This document shows positions 16,161 through 24,535 of a stretch of DNA of 26,489 nucleotides, piece by piece. The stretch covers positions 1 to 26,489 of IMG/VR virus record IMGVR_UViG_3300036779_000076. One strand, given 5' to 3'. The notes under the pieces are model-generated. The model worked only from the letters and a program-made list of their open reading frames with translations, did not search any database and was not told where the DNA came from. This DNA is from a virus (taxonomy: Duplodnaviria; Caudoviricetes). Made by a program: the position numbers and the translations under genes. Positions within the stretch are counted from its first letter, which is position 1, and each line of letters begins with the position of its first letter.

Positions 16161-16745
16161 TTAAAAAACTGCGATCCGATCGCGATTGAGCCCGAGCGCG
16201 ATGGCATCGAGGCCTGAGCGATTGACGACGCGCAATCGCGGTATCGAGCGCCGCATGCGCCGGGCGACCTGATCGAATTCGAGCCCGCGAGCGCGCAGCA
16301 CGGCGACACGGCCGATCGCACGCGCGGTGATCGGCCGCTCGCGCAGATAGCGTGCCGGCCAGACAATCGCCGCATCCATGAACCCGATATCGGCGGCGGA
16401 CGGATGCAGCCGCACCCGGTTTTGTGCGCGCGCGGTTTGTTCGATGTCCTCGACCGCGGCATCGTACTGCGCGAGCAGATCGGCCCATTCATGCCGATAC
16501 GGTGGCCACGTCGAGCCCCATAGCATCGGGCCGAACCGCGTCGGCATCATCAACAAAATGCGGAACGCTTCGACCAAGCGCCAGCCGACATAAGGCCCGG
16601 ACCAACACGACGGCACGATGCGCTCTATGCTGGCAACTTCATGATGAGGATGGCAAGGGACGGAATCGGTTTGGCGCGCGAGCAAAAGGCTTTGCATCGG
16701 ATTTGAAATCCCTTGGCAGCACGTGCCCGCAACGTAGCCGATCAC
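16161..16745 (-). CDS. DUF6362-like putative late-gene regulator
   Basis: WSGPYVGWRLVEAF...WP...PSAADIGFMDAAIVWPARYL with a C-terminal HTH-like segment. Located just before the late operon. Start uncertain. Confidence 0.65.
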   Translation of the reverse strand: MIGYVAGTCCQGISNPMQSLLLARQTDSVPCHPHHEVASIERIVPSCWSGPYVGWRLVEAFRILLMMPTRFGPMLWGSTWPPYRHEWADLLAQYDAAVEDIEQTARAQNRVRLHPSAADIGFMDAAIVWPARYLRERPITARAIGRVAVLRARGLEFDQVARRMRRSIPRLRVVNRSGLDAIALGLNRDRIAVF

Positions 16746-16778
16746 TGCCGATCGTCAAGCGTTGGTATGTCTCGATCA

Positions 16779-17006
16779 TCACGGCCGCCGCGTATTGTTG
16801 CGCAGCCGGTAGCGCTCGCGCCACGCGTCGCGCGCCGCCGTGAAGGCGTCCCATTCGGCATCGGTGATCTGCCAATAGCCGCCGGCCCGGTCGACCATGT
16901 CCTGCAGCTTCGGTTCGGGATTCCGCGCCAGCCAATCGGCAAATCCGTCGTCGGTGATTTTTAAAAATCCTCTCTCGGACTCTCTCCTAAGAAAGAGAAG
17001 GGACAC
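16779..17006 (-). CDS. hypothetical small protein
   Basis: PKLQDMVDRAGGYWQITDAEWDAF... looks protein-like. Start uncertain. Confidence 0.5.
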   Translation of the reverse strand: MSLLFLRRESERGFLKITDDGFADWLARNPEPKLQDMVDRAGGYWQITDAEWDAFTAARDAWRERYRLRNNTRRP

Positions 17007-17054
17007 GATACGCCTCTAACCTCTAGCGCTCCGAGGGACTACGCTTAGAGGCGC

Positions 17055-17227
17055 GTGTCACTCTCTTTTTGGGAGGTCGAAACGATGGTAACGGCTTGAA
17101 TGGTAGTATTGTTTTCAGTTTTTTGGCAGCGGTCAGTGTCACCGTGTGTCGGCACTCGATTTTACTGACACTGGAACTCAGAATTTCCGTTTTTTTCAGA
17201 ATCGCCGTGTCAGCGGGAGGGTGACAC
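17055..17227. repeat. cluster of TGACAC/GTGTCA hexamers in an AT-enriched intergenic region (candidate origin)
   Basis: Copies at 17055, 17136, 17166, 17207 and 17222 in mixed orientation, interspersed with T-tracts, directly downstream of the helicase. Confidence 0.45.
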
Positions 17228-17255
17228 GGTCGTATCATTGTTTTTGTTGGTTTTT

Positions 17256-18641
17256 TTAATTGGTCTGCGGCGTCAGTTCGAACGCGGTTTGGGCGTCGCT
17301 GTCGGCCTCGGCGAGGAACCGCGACGCGGCTTTAGCGCCTGCCTTTTTGCCTTCGTCGGTCGTCTCGTAGCCGTCCCGCGTCCGCTTGAGCAGTTTGGGC
17401 CCGCGCTTTGGGTCCTCGAGTCGCGCGATGACGCGATGCACGCGTTTTTTGAGGGCTTCGCCGTTGCCATTGACCCAACCGAGCGCGGTCGCTGTCGCGG
17501 CGAGCGATTGACCTGGATAGCTCATGATCTGCACCAACACCCGATCCTCGTCGTTGCGCAGCCGGCTTTGCTCGCTATCTTCCTCGACCTCGCCGACGAC
17601 CACGGCGCGCACCGTTGGCAGCAAGCGATTTTTGGTGTCGTGCAGTTTCGGCGTAACGATCGTTTCCAGTTTGAACATCATGGGCTCGAATCCGGGCCCG
17701 CGAATTTTAGTGTGGTGAAGCTCGACTAGTTCATTGTCCTTTTTCAAGCATGTCAGATTGCCGTCAATCTCGGCGACGAAGGCACCGCCGCCGCGCGGCA
17801 GCATTTGATCCTGCTCGTTCTGCTTTTTGGTCGGATGACAAAGTGCGATCACACATGGATTGCCGGGCAACGTCGTCAGCCGGCGCAGTTTACGGGCGTG
17901 GGCGCCCATTTGCGGATTGGAATTTTCATCCTCGCCGAGGAAATATGCGGCCGAGGTGTCGACGATCGCCAGCACGATGCCGCCGAGGCCACGCACGCCG
18001 TTGGCGATCTGTTCGAACGCCGCTTCGAAATCGATCACGCCGGTGATCCAATAGATTTGATCATCCTCGGGCGCATCATAGCGTTTGCTGTCGGCGCCGA
18101 TCACGCGCATGCACAGATCGATCGGATTTTCGCCGACGAAATACAGCACGCGGCCTTTGTCGACCTTGTGCTTGCCGAACATCGCGTTGCGATTGGTCGA
18201 GCCGATCAGTTCGGCGATGACCAGCGCGATGGCGCTTTTGGCGTGGCCGGTTGGCCCGGTCAGCGCGTACAAATAGCCGCGCTGCAGAATGCCATCGATC
18301 AGATAATCGGGCGGCTTGAACGTCTCCATAAATCTCCCCTTCGATAGAATCGCGACGCCGGGCCGGTCCCGTTGCGGTGCGTGACCGTTTTCGGTGCGCG
18401 GTGCGCGTGCGAATGCCTCGCCGATCGCGGCTTGGCTGGCGTCGGTGTCGAGCCCGTAGGCCTCGGCAATCTCGGCAAGCTCGTCGGCGGCGACGGTGCG
18501 ATTGAGCCCTTTGGCGACATAGCCGGCGACTTCGTTGGCGGCGTTGCTGAAAATTCCGGCACGATCGGCGCCGGGCGCCACGTCGAGCGCGCGCCGCCAC
18601 ACGGCGAAGCCTTCGCGAAATGCGCCGAGGTCATGCGCCAT
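17256..18641 (-). CDS. RepA/AAA_25 (RecA-fold) replicative helicase-like protein with C-terminal winged helix
   Basis: PDYLIDGIL, Walker A GPTGHAKS, VLYFVGEN, Walker B IVDT, HPTK and RGGGAFVAEID. Start ATG 18641. Confidence 0.85.
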   Translation of the reverse strand: MAHDLGAFREGFAVWRRALDVAPGADRAGIFSNAANEVAGYVAKGLNRTVAADELAEIAEAYGLDTDASQAAIGEAFARAPRTENGHAPQRDRPGVAILSKGRFMETFKPPDYLIDGILQRGYLYALTGPTGHAKSAIALVIAELIGSTNRNAMFGKHKVDKGRVLYFVGENPIDLCMRVIGADSKRYDAPEDDQIYWITGVIDFEAAFEQIANGVRGLGGIVLAIVDTSAAYFLGEDENSNPQMGAHARKLRRLTTLPGNPCVIALCHPTKKQNEQDQMLPRGGGAFVAEIDGNLTCLKKDNELVELHHTKIRGPGFEPMMFKLETIVTPKLHDTKNRLLPTVRAVVVGEVEEDSEQSRLRNDEDRVLVQIMSYPGQSLAATATALGWVNGNGEALKKRVHRVIARLEDPKRGPKLLKRTRDGYETTDEGKKAGAKAASRFLAEADSDAQTAFELTPQTN

Positions 18642-18855
18642 CCGGTTCCGCTTCCATGAAAGGGGCGAGGGCTTGATCGATGATCGCCAGCAGCACGCCC
18701 GCGCCGACCTGATCGAGCAGGCCATTGGCAAAGGCGTCGTCGAGCAGCGGGTCAAAGCAAATTTCAGGATCGTAAATCGCGGCATAGACCAGCATTGCGC
18801 GCGCCTCGGCGCGAGCCGTGAACACCATCAGCGGGGTGACGTGCGTGTCGGTCAT
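18631..18855 (-). CDS. small helical phage protein upstream of the helicase
   Basis: FTARAEARAML...GLLDQVGAGVLLAII, translationally coupled. Confidence 0.7.
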   Translation of the reverse strand: MTDTHVTPLMVFTARAEARAMLVYAAIYDPEICFDPLLDDAFANGLLDQVGAGVLLAIIDQALAPFMEAEPDGA

Positions 18856-19184
18856 GTGTCATCCCCGAGCACGGCCTTAAACAGATCGTCCTTGACGATG
18901 ATGGTCAGCAGTTGCGCGGCCAGATGCGCCACCGGCATGCCGCGGGTGTCAGCCTGCAGATGCAAGGCCTGCAGCACGACGCCCGGAATGCTGACCGGCA
19001 ACAGCAGCGGCCGGCCGCCGCCGCGCGGCAGATCAAACAGATGACGGATGCGCGCGACCTTGACCCGCACCGAATGCTCGGAACGATCGAGCGCCACGGC
19101 AATCGCCGGGACGTCCTGGCCGTCCTTGAGCATTTTGACGAGCCGCTCGATTTCGGCTCGGGTGTAGGCATCGCCACGACTCAT
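18852..19184 (-). CDS. DNA-binding protein (N-terminal HTH plus C-terminal ribbon-helix-helix-like)
   Basis: YTRAEIERL...IAVALDRSEHSVRVK, then ALHLQADTRGMPVAHLAAQLL...DDLFKAVL. Confidence 0.7.
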   Translation of the reverse strand: MSRGDAYTRAEIERLVKMLKDGQDVPAIAVALDRSEHSVRVKVARIRHLFDLPRGGGRPLLLPVSIPGVVLQALHLQADTRGMPVAHLAAQLLTIIVKDDLFKAVLGDDT

Positions 19185-19735
19185 AAAACACCCGGCGCAG
19201 CGCCCGCGAACAGCGGTGATGTGCGCAAGCCAAGCTGCGGGCGAAGCTGCGCGCACTGGAAATGCCACAGCGCGATGGCGTCGGCCTGGTTATCGTCGTC
19301 GACCTTGAGCCCGAGCGCCCGGCAACGGCCGACCGTCTCGCGCTTGGCGATCTTGCGTTTCGGATTGTCGCCGAGAAAAAACCGGCGCACGTCGATCGTG
19401 CGCACCTGTCGCACATCATAGACGCCGCGCAGATGCGCCACCGCCTGGACGATGGCGGCGAGCCCGTAGCTGATTTCATCGTTGCCCGGGCCGCTCGCCG
19501 GCTTGCCGTCCTTGCCGCGGCGCAGGCCGTAATGCAGCGGTTCCTCGAAAACGATCAGGTCGACCCGGTTGCGCTTGAGAAAATCCGAGGTCCATTCCAG
19601 CGCGTGGGCAAAGCGCGCCTCGTGCGAGGCCTCGCGGGCACCGAACCGAATCGAGCCGAACGCCGGCACATGATCGCCGAGCGCGCCGGCCGCCCATCCG
19701 GTATTGGTCGCGAGGTCGAATGCAGCAATGATCAT
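19181..19735 (-). CDS. RuvC-like Holliday junction resolvase
   Basis: Acidic RNase H-fold motifs AFDLATNTGWA, IVFEEP and DDNQADAIALW. Confidence 0.85.
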   Translation of the reverse strand: MIIAAFDLATNTGWAAGALGDHVPAFGSIRFGAREASHEARFAHALEWTSDFLKRNRVDLIVFEEPLHYGLRRGKDGKPASGPGNDEISYGLAAIVQAVAHLRGVYDVRQVRTIDVRRFFLGDNPKRKIAKRETVGRCRALGLKVDDDNQADAIALWHFQCAQLRPQLGLRTSPLFAGAAPGVL

Positions 19736-20187
19736 TTCAGGCCGATTTCCGCTGCCATTTCGGCTGTCACTGCGACACCGCGCAGTCGTTTTGCCAAGCT
19801 ATACTGCCGGTCCGGCCTGCCTTCGGCCTTACGTCGAGCCCGCGCCTGATTGACTTTCTCGCGACGCTCGGCTGTCGCTTTGTGCACGCGCGTCGTCTTG
19901 ACGAATTTCAAGACAAAGTAGAACGGCTCAATTTGCTGCTTGTTGTCGAAGCGGAACATATTGACCACCGCCGTTCTCGGCATGAACGCCTTTTCGCGAT
20001 AATCATTGCGGCGCGTGATCGACACTCCGGTCGAATCGACCCTGATGTAGCCATGTGGAATGTTGATCGCGCGTGCGACGGCTAGTTTGATCATGCACTT
20101 GTTGGGATCGGTGCATTTGCCTTCTTCGATATCTCTGCGTGTGACGTGCACGCGGACGTTCTTTTTCAGATTCACTTTGGTCATCAT
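19732..20187 (-). CDS. hypothetical basic protein, 151 aa
   Basis: GGGAGG RBS. VTRRDIEEG...PNKCMIKLAVAR. Confidence 0.7.
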   Translation of the reverse strand: MMTKVNLKKNVRVHVTRRDIEEGKCTDPNKCMIKLAVARAINIPHGYIRVDSTGVSITRRNDYREKAFMPRTAVVNMFRFDNKQQIEPFYFVLKFVKTTRVHKATAERREKVNQARARRKAEGRPDRQYSLAKRLRGVAVTAEMAAEIGLK

Positions 20188-20200
20188 GATTTCCTCCCGT

Positions 20201-21292
20201 TTATTCGGCGGCATCTGCCGCCATAGGCGCTTCGTTGCCCCACGAAATCCAGCCCTGTCGGCCGGATCGGGCGTTCAATTCGATCTTGGGCAGTGTCGGG
20301 AAATAGCGCTCGATAATCTCATAGGCGAAATCCGGCTTTTCCGAATGCTCGCCGCGCAGCGCCATCAACAGCGAATCGAACTGATCGCCGAGTGCCGGCG
20401 CCGGAATCGCGCCGCGCACACCGATCAGCAAGTGTTCATGACATTCACGATTCCAGAAGCCGGTGCCGATTTTGTCTTTGCCCCATACGAAACCGGATTT
20501 GTATTCGAATCCGCGCAACTCCATCACTTTGAGCCCGATGAACAGATGAGGGATCGGCACCCACATGAACAGCACGCAATCATCGGCGGCGACGGCAAAG
20601 CGATCTTTGGTGCGCTCGACAATCTCCGCGGGCGTGTGCGCGTCGGCGCTCGTCTCGTAGTGATTAGAGGCGTGCCGATCCATCCCGGTGTCGCGACTGT
20701 GCACTTCAAAATCGAATTCGAAATCCTCCAAGATCACCCCAAATCGCTGATCCGGTAGCGCGCAAATGCGCTGCCCGAGCGCGGCCTCGCGCTCTTGTCG
20801 ACGGGCTTTCTTTTTCCTCAATTGTTCGGCGCGCGCGTTGCGAACGATGGCGCGGTCACCCTCCGCGGCGGCTACCGCGAGCTTGCGCGTGCGCTCGATT
20901 TCTTTTTCGAATGCGTCGTCGTCGAGTCTGCCACTGGCGCGCACGCGCTTAGCGAGGTCTTTGTCAATGCCTTGCTCGGCGTAAGTCTCTGGCGACATTA
21001 AACGCGGGGGTTTGTTCACCCCGCGTTTTCCCCGGCCCGGACCGCCCGTAGCTCGCGCACCCGTCGCTTTGGGTCGCTCTTGCAACAATTGATAGATACG
21101 CCGCTCGGCTCGCTTTTTGATTTCGGCGGCGTCGGCGGCCAATTGGCCGTCTTTGGCTTGGTAGGCATAGACCTCGATCGCGATGCTTTTGTCGCGAATG
21201 GTCTTGACCGCGTCCACGCGCCGCTCTGCGGCCAATGCACGTCGCGCCTCCAAGTATTTGGTCGGCAGAAATGACTCGATGCGCGACAACAT
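20201..21292 (-). CDS. MT-A70-family adenine methyltransferase with N-terminal helical extension
   Basis: NHYET, DCVLFMWV, GFEYKSGFVWGK, GTGFWNRECHEHLLIGVRG, HSEKPD, KIELNAR and WGNE. The catalytic motif reads DFEF instead of DPPW. Confidence 0.88.
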   Translation of the reverse strand: MLSRIESFLPTKYLEARRALAAERRVDAVKTIRDKSIAIEVYAYQAKDGQLAADAAEIKKRAERRIYQLLQERPKATGARATGGPGRGKRGVNKPPRLMSPETYAEQGIDKDLAKRVRASGRLDDDAFEKEIERTRKLAVAAAEGDRAIVRNARAEQLRKKKARRQEREAALGQRICALPDQRFGVILEDFEFDFEVHSRDTGMDRHASNHYETSADAHTPAEIVERTKDRFAVAADDCVLFMWVPIPHLFIGLKVMELRGFEYKSGFVWGKDKIGTGFWNRECHEHLLIGVRGAIPAPALGDQFDSLLMALRGEHSEKPDFAYEIIERYFPTLPKIELNARSGRQGWISWGNEAPMAADAAE

Positions 21293-21306
21293 GGGTTCCT
21301 CCCATG

Positions 21307-21690
21307 TTAGTGCTGTGTCAGATCGTCCAGTATCTCGCCTCGCTTGGCCCGGTCGAGCGCGGCCTCGCCGAGCGGCGTGCCGCCGAAATCGCCGAGCGCC
21401 TCGGTCAGCTTGTCGAATTCGGAACGATCGTCGTCCTCTAGGCCCTCGCGGATCGCGAGCAGCTTCTCTTGCGTCAGATGCTCTTTGACCTTGGCCTTGA
21501 GCACGCGCCGAGTGATGCCCTTGTCGCTGGCGGCGTCATAGACCTCGGCCATGCGCTCCCGGATCGCGCGGCAGCGGTTCATGTAGGCGCCGCGCTCGGA
21601 TGCCAGTTCGCCGTAATGCCCGATGATTTCGTCGAACGCGTCTTTGATCTGTTCGGGGCTTGGCCCGTTTGTGGGTCCGTCCGTTGCCAT
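21307..21690 (-). CDS. GapR/DUF2312-like DNA-binding protein
   Basis: IRERMAEVYDAASDKGITRRVLKAKVK...LTEALG resembles the DUF2312 core. GGAGG RBS. Confidence 0.6.
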   Translation of the reverse strand: MATDGPTNGPSPEQIKDAFDEIIGHYGELASERGAYMNRCRAIRERMAEVYDAASDKGITRRVLKAKVKEHLTQEKLLAIREGLEDDDRSEFDKLTEALGDFGGTPLGEAALDRAKRGEILDDLTQH

Positions 21691-22000
21691 TGGCTTTCCT
21701 CCGGTGTTGCTGGCGGCGAACGGCAGCGGCGCGGCGACGGCGGCGGCGCTTCTCAAGCCGGCGCTGCGCGCAGATGGTGCGCAGGCCAACGAGCGCGGCG
21801 GTGTTGCCGGCGGCGTTCGGGAAAATGTCGGGACGAATGGTGTGGGGTTTGAAGCCGGAAAGTTCGGCGATGACAACGACGCGGCTGGCGGGAACCACAC
21901 GCCACGAGTCGAGGGCTTGGCGCGTCACGCCCAATCGCTCAATGATCATGGGATAGAGCCCACGCGCGCGCAGCGCGGGCATGACCGCTTCGGGTTTCAT
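21536..22000 (-). CDS. Cro/YdaS-like HTH regulator with basic C-terminal extension
   Basis: LGVTRQALDSWRVVPASRV...IRPDIF. First gene of the leftward operon. Confidence 0.8.
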   Translation of the reverse strand: MKPEAVMPALRARGLYPMIIERLGVTRQALDSWRVVPASRVVVIAELSGFKPHTIRPDIFPNAAGNTAALVGLRTICAQRRLEKRRRRRRAAAVRRQQHRRKANGNGRTHKRAKPRTDQRRVRRNHRALRRTGIRARRLHEPLPRDPGAHGRGL

Positions 22001-22303
22001 CGGCGACGTCTCTGGCAAGAAACGATTGCCGCAATCCAAAACCTGAATGGCGATGCCGTCAAGACTCGGTCACAGCGAATTTCGATTGCATCGCGCAATT
22101 GCAGTTGTGCGTCTGATCGACGGCGTCACTTGCCGCGCGAGACAATCCATTGCGTGCTGCCGCAGGCGCAGCCATCAACATGAAGTGTGTTCCAGCAAGC
22201 GAGCCTTGCGCGCAAATTTTTTTACTTGGCGTCTTGGCAGTGCGAAAAGTTTGTGGTTGGCTCTGCCTGCCACATCTTCGAACTAAATAGACGTGTTTCA
22301 CAC

Positions 22304-22525
22304 ATGAGCGCGCTGCTTTCGCCGACCGAGCGAAGCCTGCTCGCATGGCTCGGCAGAAAAGAATTCAGCGAATACGGCGAATGTTTCGGCCGCACGCTCG
22401 ACGTGCTGATCGAAAAGGGCCTCGCTCGCCACTATCCCGATCCGGGATCACGCAAAGGCAAAATGTTCGACTCGGTGTCGTTGACCAGCGCCGGCCGCCG
22501 CGTGCTGACGGAGCTAGTCAAATGA
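22304..22525 (+). CDS. small winged-helix-like protein
   Basis: LSPTERSLL...LDVLIEKGLA...SLTSAGRRVL. Confidence 0.65.
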   Translation: MSALLSPTERSLLAWLGRKEFSEYGECFGRTLDVLIEKGLARHYPDPGSRKGKMFDSVSLTSAGRRVLTELVK

Positions 22526-22749
22526 GCAGACGCGGCGGCGACGACAACATCATTCGATTGCGCGAACTTTTGCCGCGCGCCGATTCCTTTCGGATATATC
22601 GCTGTGGGGCGTGCCAGCATGCGCACGTCATCCTCGTCGACAAGAACGAAATGCCGATCGCCGAAATGGTGATCGACGCCAGCAACTTGCTGACGCTGAT
22701 CGTTGACACCGCCAAAGTCTTGGAAGGCGGCGGCGAAATGCTGCCATGA
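22522..22749 (+). CDS. hypothetical protein with CxxCxHxH motif
   Basis: ATGA coupling. RCGACQHAH. Confidence 0.65.
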   Translation: MSRRGGDDNIIRLRELLPRADSFRIYRCGACQHAHVILVDKNEMPIAEMVIDASNLLTLIVDTAKVLEGGGEMLP

Positions 22750-22763
22750 CAAAGGGGAGGACA

Positions 22764-22985
22764 ATGCCGGCGCAAAAAACGACCCGGGACAAAGAGCAAT
22801 GGCTCGACGAAATCGTGCCGCTCGTCGAGGCCGCACAATTGCGCAAGGTGTCGGTGCAAACGCTGCGCGGCTTGATCCGGCAGCGGCGGCTCAAGGCCAT
22901 CAAGCTATCGCTGCGAAAATTCGGAATGACGCGGCGCGAAGCCATGCGGGCGTTCAACGACCAACAACCAAGGGGACGCGAATGA
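22764..22985 (+). CDS. excisionase-like HTH protein
   Basis: GGGGAGG RBS. EAAQLRKVSVQTLRGLIRQRRLKAIKLS is a MerR/Xis-type HTH. Confidence 0.7.
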   Translation: MPAQKTTRDKEQWLDEIVPLVEAAQLRKVSVQTLRGLIRQRRLKAIKLSLRKFGMTRREAMRAFNDQQPRGRE

Positions 22986-23248
22986 ACACCTACCGCACGA
23001 TCAGCGCCGACAATGACAGCTTGGTCGAGCAAGTGCCGGTGACGACCAACGATTATCTCGACCACGCCATCGGCGCGCTCGACGAACGATTCGGCGGCGG
23101 CTTCGCCAAGGCCAATCCGAATTTGGTCGCGGCCTATATGCACGCCTGCGCGATCGGCCTCGGCACGGCGTTCCTCGCGCGCGCGATCGAAGGCCTGCCA
23201 AACGCCACGGCGCGGGTGATCGCGGAGATTGAGCATGACCGAACTTGA
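22982..23248 (+). CDS. hypothetical phage protein, 88 aa
   Basis: ATGA coupling. LDERFGGGFAKANPNLVAAYM. Confidence 0.7.
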   Translation: MNTYRTISADNDSLVEQVPVTTNDYLDHAIGALDERFGGGFAKANPNLVAAYMHACAIGLGTAFLARAIEGLPNATARVIAEIEHDRT

Positions 23249-23381
23249 AGCGCTGGCTTTGTTGTTTATCGGCGGATGCCTCGGTGCCGTCATCATGGGG
23301 ATCATGAACGTCGGCAGCAGTCGCGATGATCGCGCGCAGCGTGAGGCGCTCGACAAGGAGCACCGCCATGACCGAGCTTGA
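23235..23381 (+). CDS. small single-TM protein, 48 aa
   Basis: Manual translation MTELEALALLFIGGCLGAVIMGIMNVGSSRDD..., with GGAG RBS. Confidence 0.6.
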   Translation: MTELEALALLFIGGCLGAVIMGIMNVGSSRDDRAQREALDKEHRHDRA

Positions 23382-23583
23382 ACGGCTGCGCCATCAAAAC
23401 CGCTGCCTGCGCAATCTCGTGACCGGGCTGGCGACCATCGTCAGCGAGATTTTCGACGTGCTGCCCGACGAATATCAGGCGCTCGACAACGTGCAGCGCG
23501 GCAAGGCGATCAGCGCGCGCATCATGGCGAGCCTCGCCGAACTGGACCTGAAAGACAGTCAAGAGGCGCTCGATGCCCATTGA
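23368..23583 (+). CDS. hypothetical protein, 71 aa
   Basis: AAGGAG RBS. MTELERLRHQN... Confidence 0.65.
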   Translation: MTELERLRHQNRCLRNLVTGLATIVSEIFDVLPDEYQALDNVQRGKAISARIMASLAELDLKDSQEALDAH

Positions 23584-24535
23584 ACGGCATTTCATCCAGT
23601 CCCGCGAGCAATGGCTGACGCTGCGCATGAGCAACGTCAACGCCAGCGAGGTCGCGATCGTCTGTGGCGAAGGCGCCTACGGATCGCTCGCCGAACTGTT
23701 CGCCGAGAAGAAGGGCCTGCGGCCGGCCAAGATCGACACCGCCGTGCTGCGCCGCGGCCGATGGGGCGAGGCCGCGGTGTTCGAAGCGCTCGCCGAGGAA
23801 CGCCCGGAATGGGACGTGCGCCGCGCCAAAATCTATTACTGCGATCCGACATTGCGCATCGGCGCCACGCCGGACGGCTTCGCGCTGGCGCCCGATCGCA
23901 CAGGGCCCGGCATCATTCAGGCCAAGGTGATCAGCCGCTCGATCTTCAAGAACCGCTGGCTCGACGATCCGGCTGATTTCCACAGCACCGCGACGCCGCC
24001 GGTCTATTACACGCTGCAAACGCTGACCGAGGCCATGCTCGCGGAAGCCGCATGGGCGGTCATCGCGGTGCTCGTGGTGTCGGAATTCGATTTTCAGTTG
24101 CGCTTGTTCGATGTCGAGCGTGACGACGATGCCGAGGCGCAGATCGTCGATAACGTGCAAACATTCTGGCGCGACTATTTCGACCCCGGCATCATGCCGG
24201 CGTTCAATCCGCAGCGCGATGAGGCGTTGATCCGTGCGCTCTATCCGCGCGACGCCGGCACCACGATCGACCTGTCGAGCGACAATCGCGCGCTGACGCT
24301 GGTCGAGGAACTGACCGACTATCAGGTCGCCATCAAGCGCCTCACGGCCAGCGAGAAGCTGGTCAAGACCGAATTGACCGGCAAACTCGGCGCCAACACT
24401 TACGGCCTCCTGGGCGACGGCCGTTGCCTATCGTTCAAACAGCAGCACCGCAAAGGCTACACGGTCGAGCCGACCGACTATCGCGTGCTGCGCATTCTGA
24501 AACAGCGCCCCGAGGATGATGATGATGCCGACTGA
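23573..24535 (+). CDS. YqaJ/lambda-exonuclease-family recombination nuclease
   Basis: WLTLR...NASEVA, RGRWGE, GATPDG, IIQAK and YTLQ. Confidence 0.9.
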   Translation: MPIERHFIQSREQWLTLRMSNVNASEVAIVCGEGAYGSLAELFAEKKGLRPAKIDTAVLRRGRWGEAAVFEALAEERPEWDVRRAKIYYCDPTLRIGATPDGFALAPDRTGPGIIQAKVISRSIFKNRWLDDPADFHSTATPPVYYTLQTLTEAMLAEAAWAVIAVLVVSEFDFQLRLFDVERDDDAEAQIVDNVQTFWRDYFDPGIMPAFNPQRDEALIRALYPRDAGTTIDLSSDNRALTLVEELTDYQVAIKRLTASEKLVKTELTGKLGANTYGLLGDGRCLSFKQQHRKGYTVEPTDYRVLRILKQRPEDDDDAD

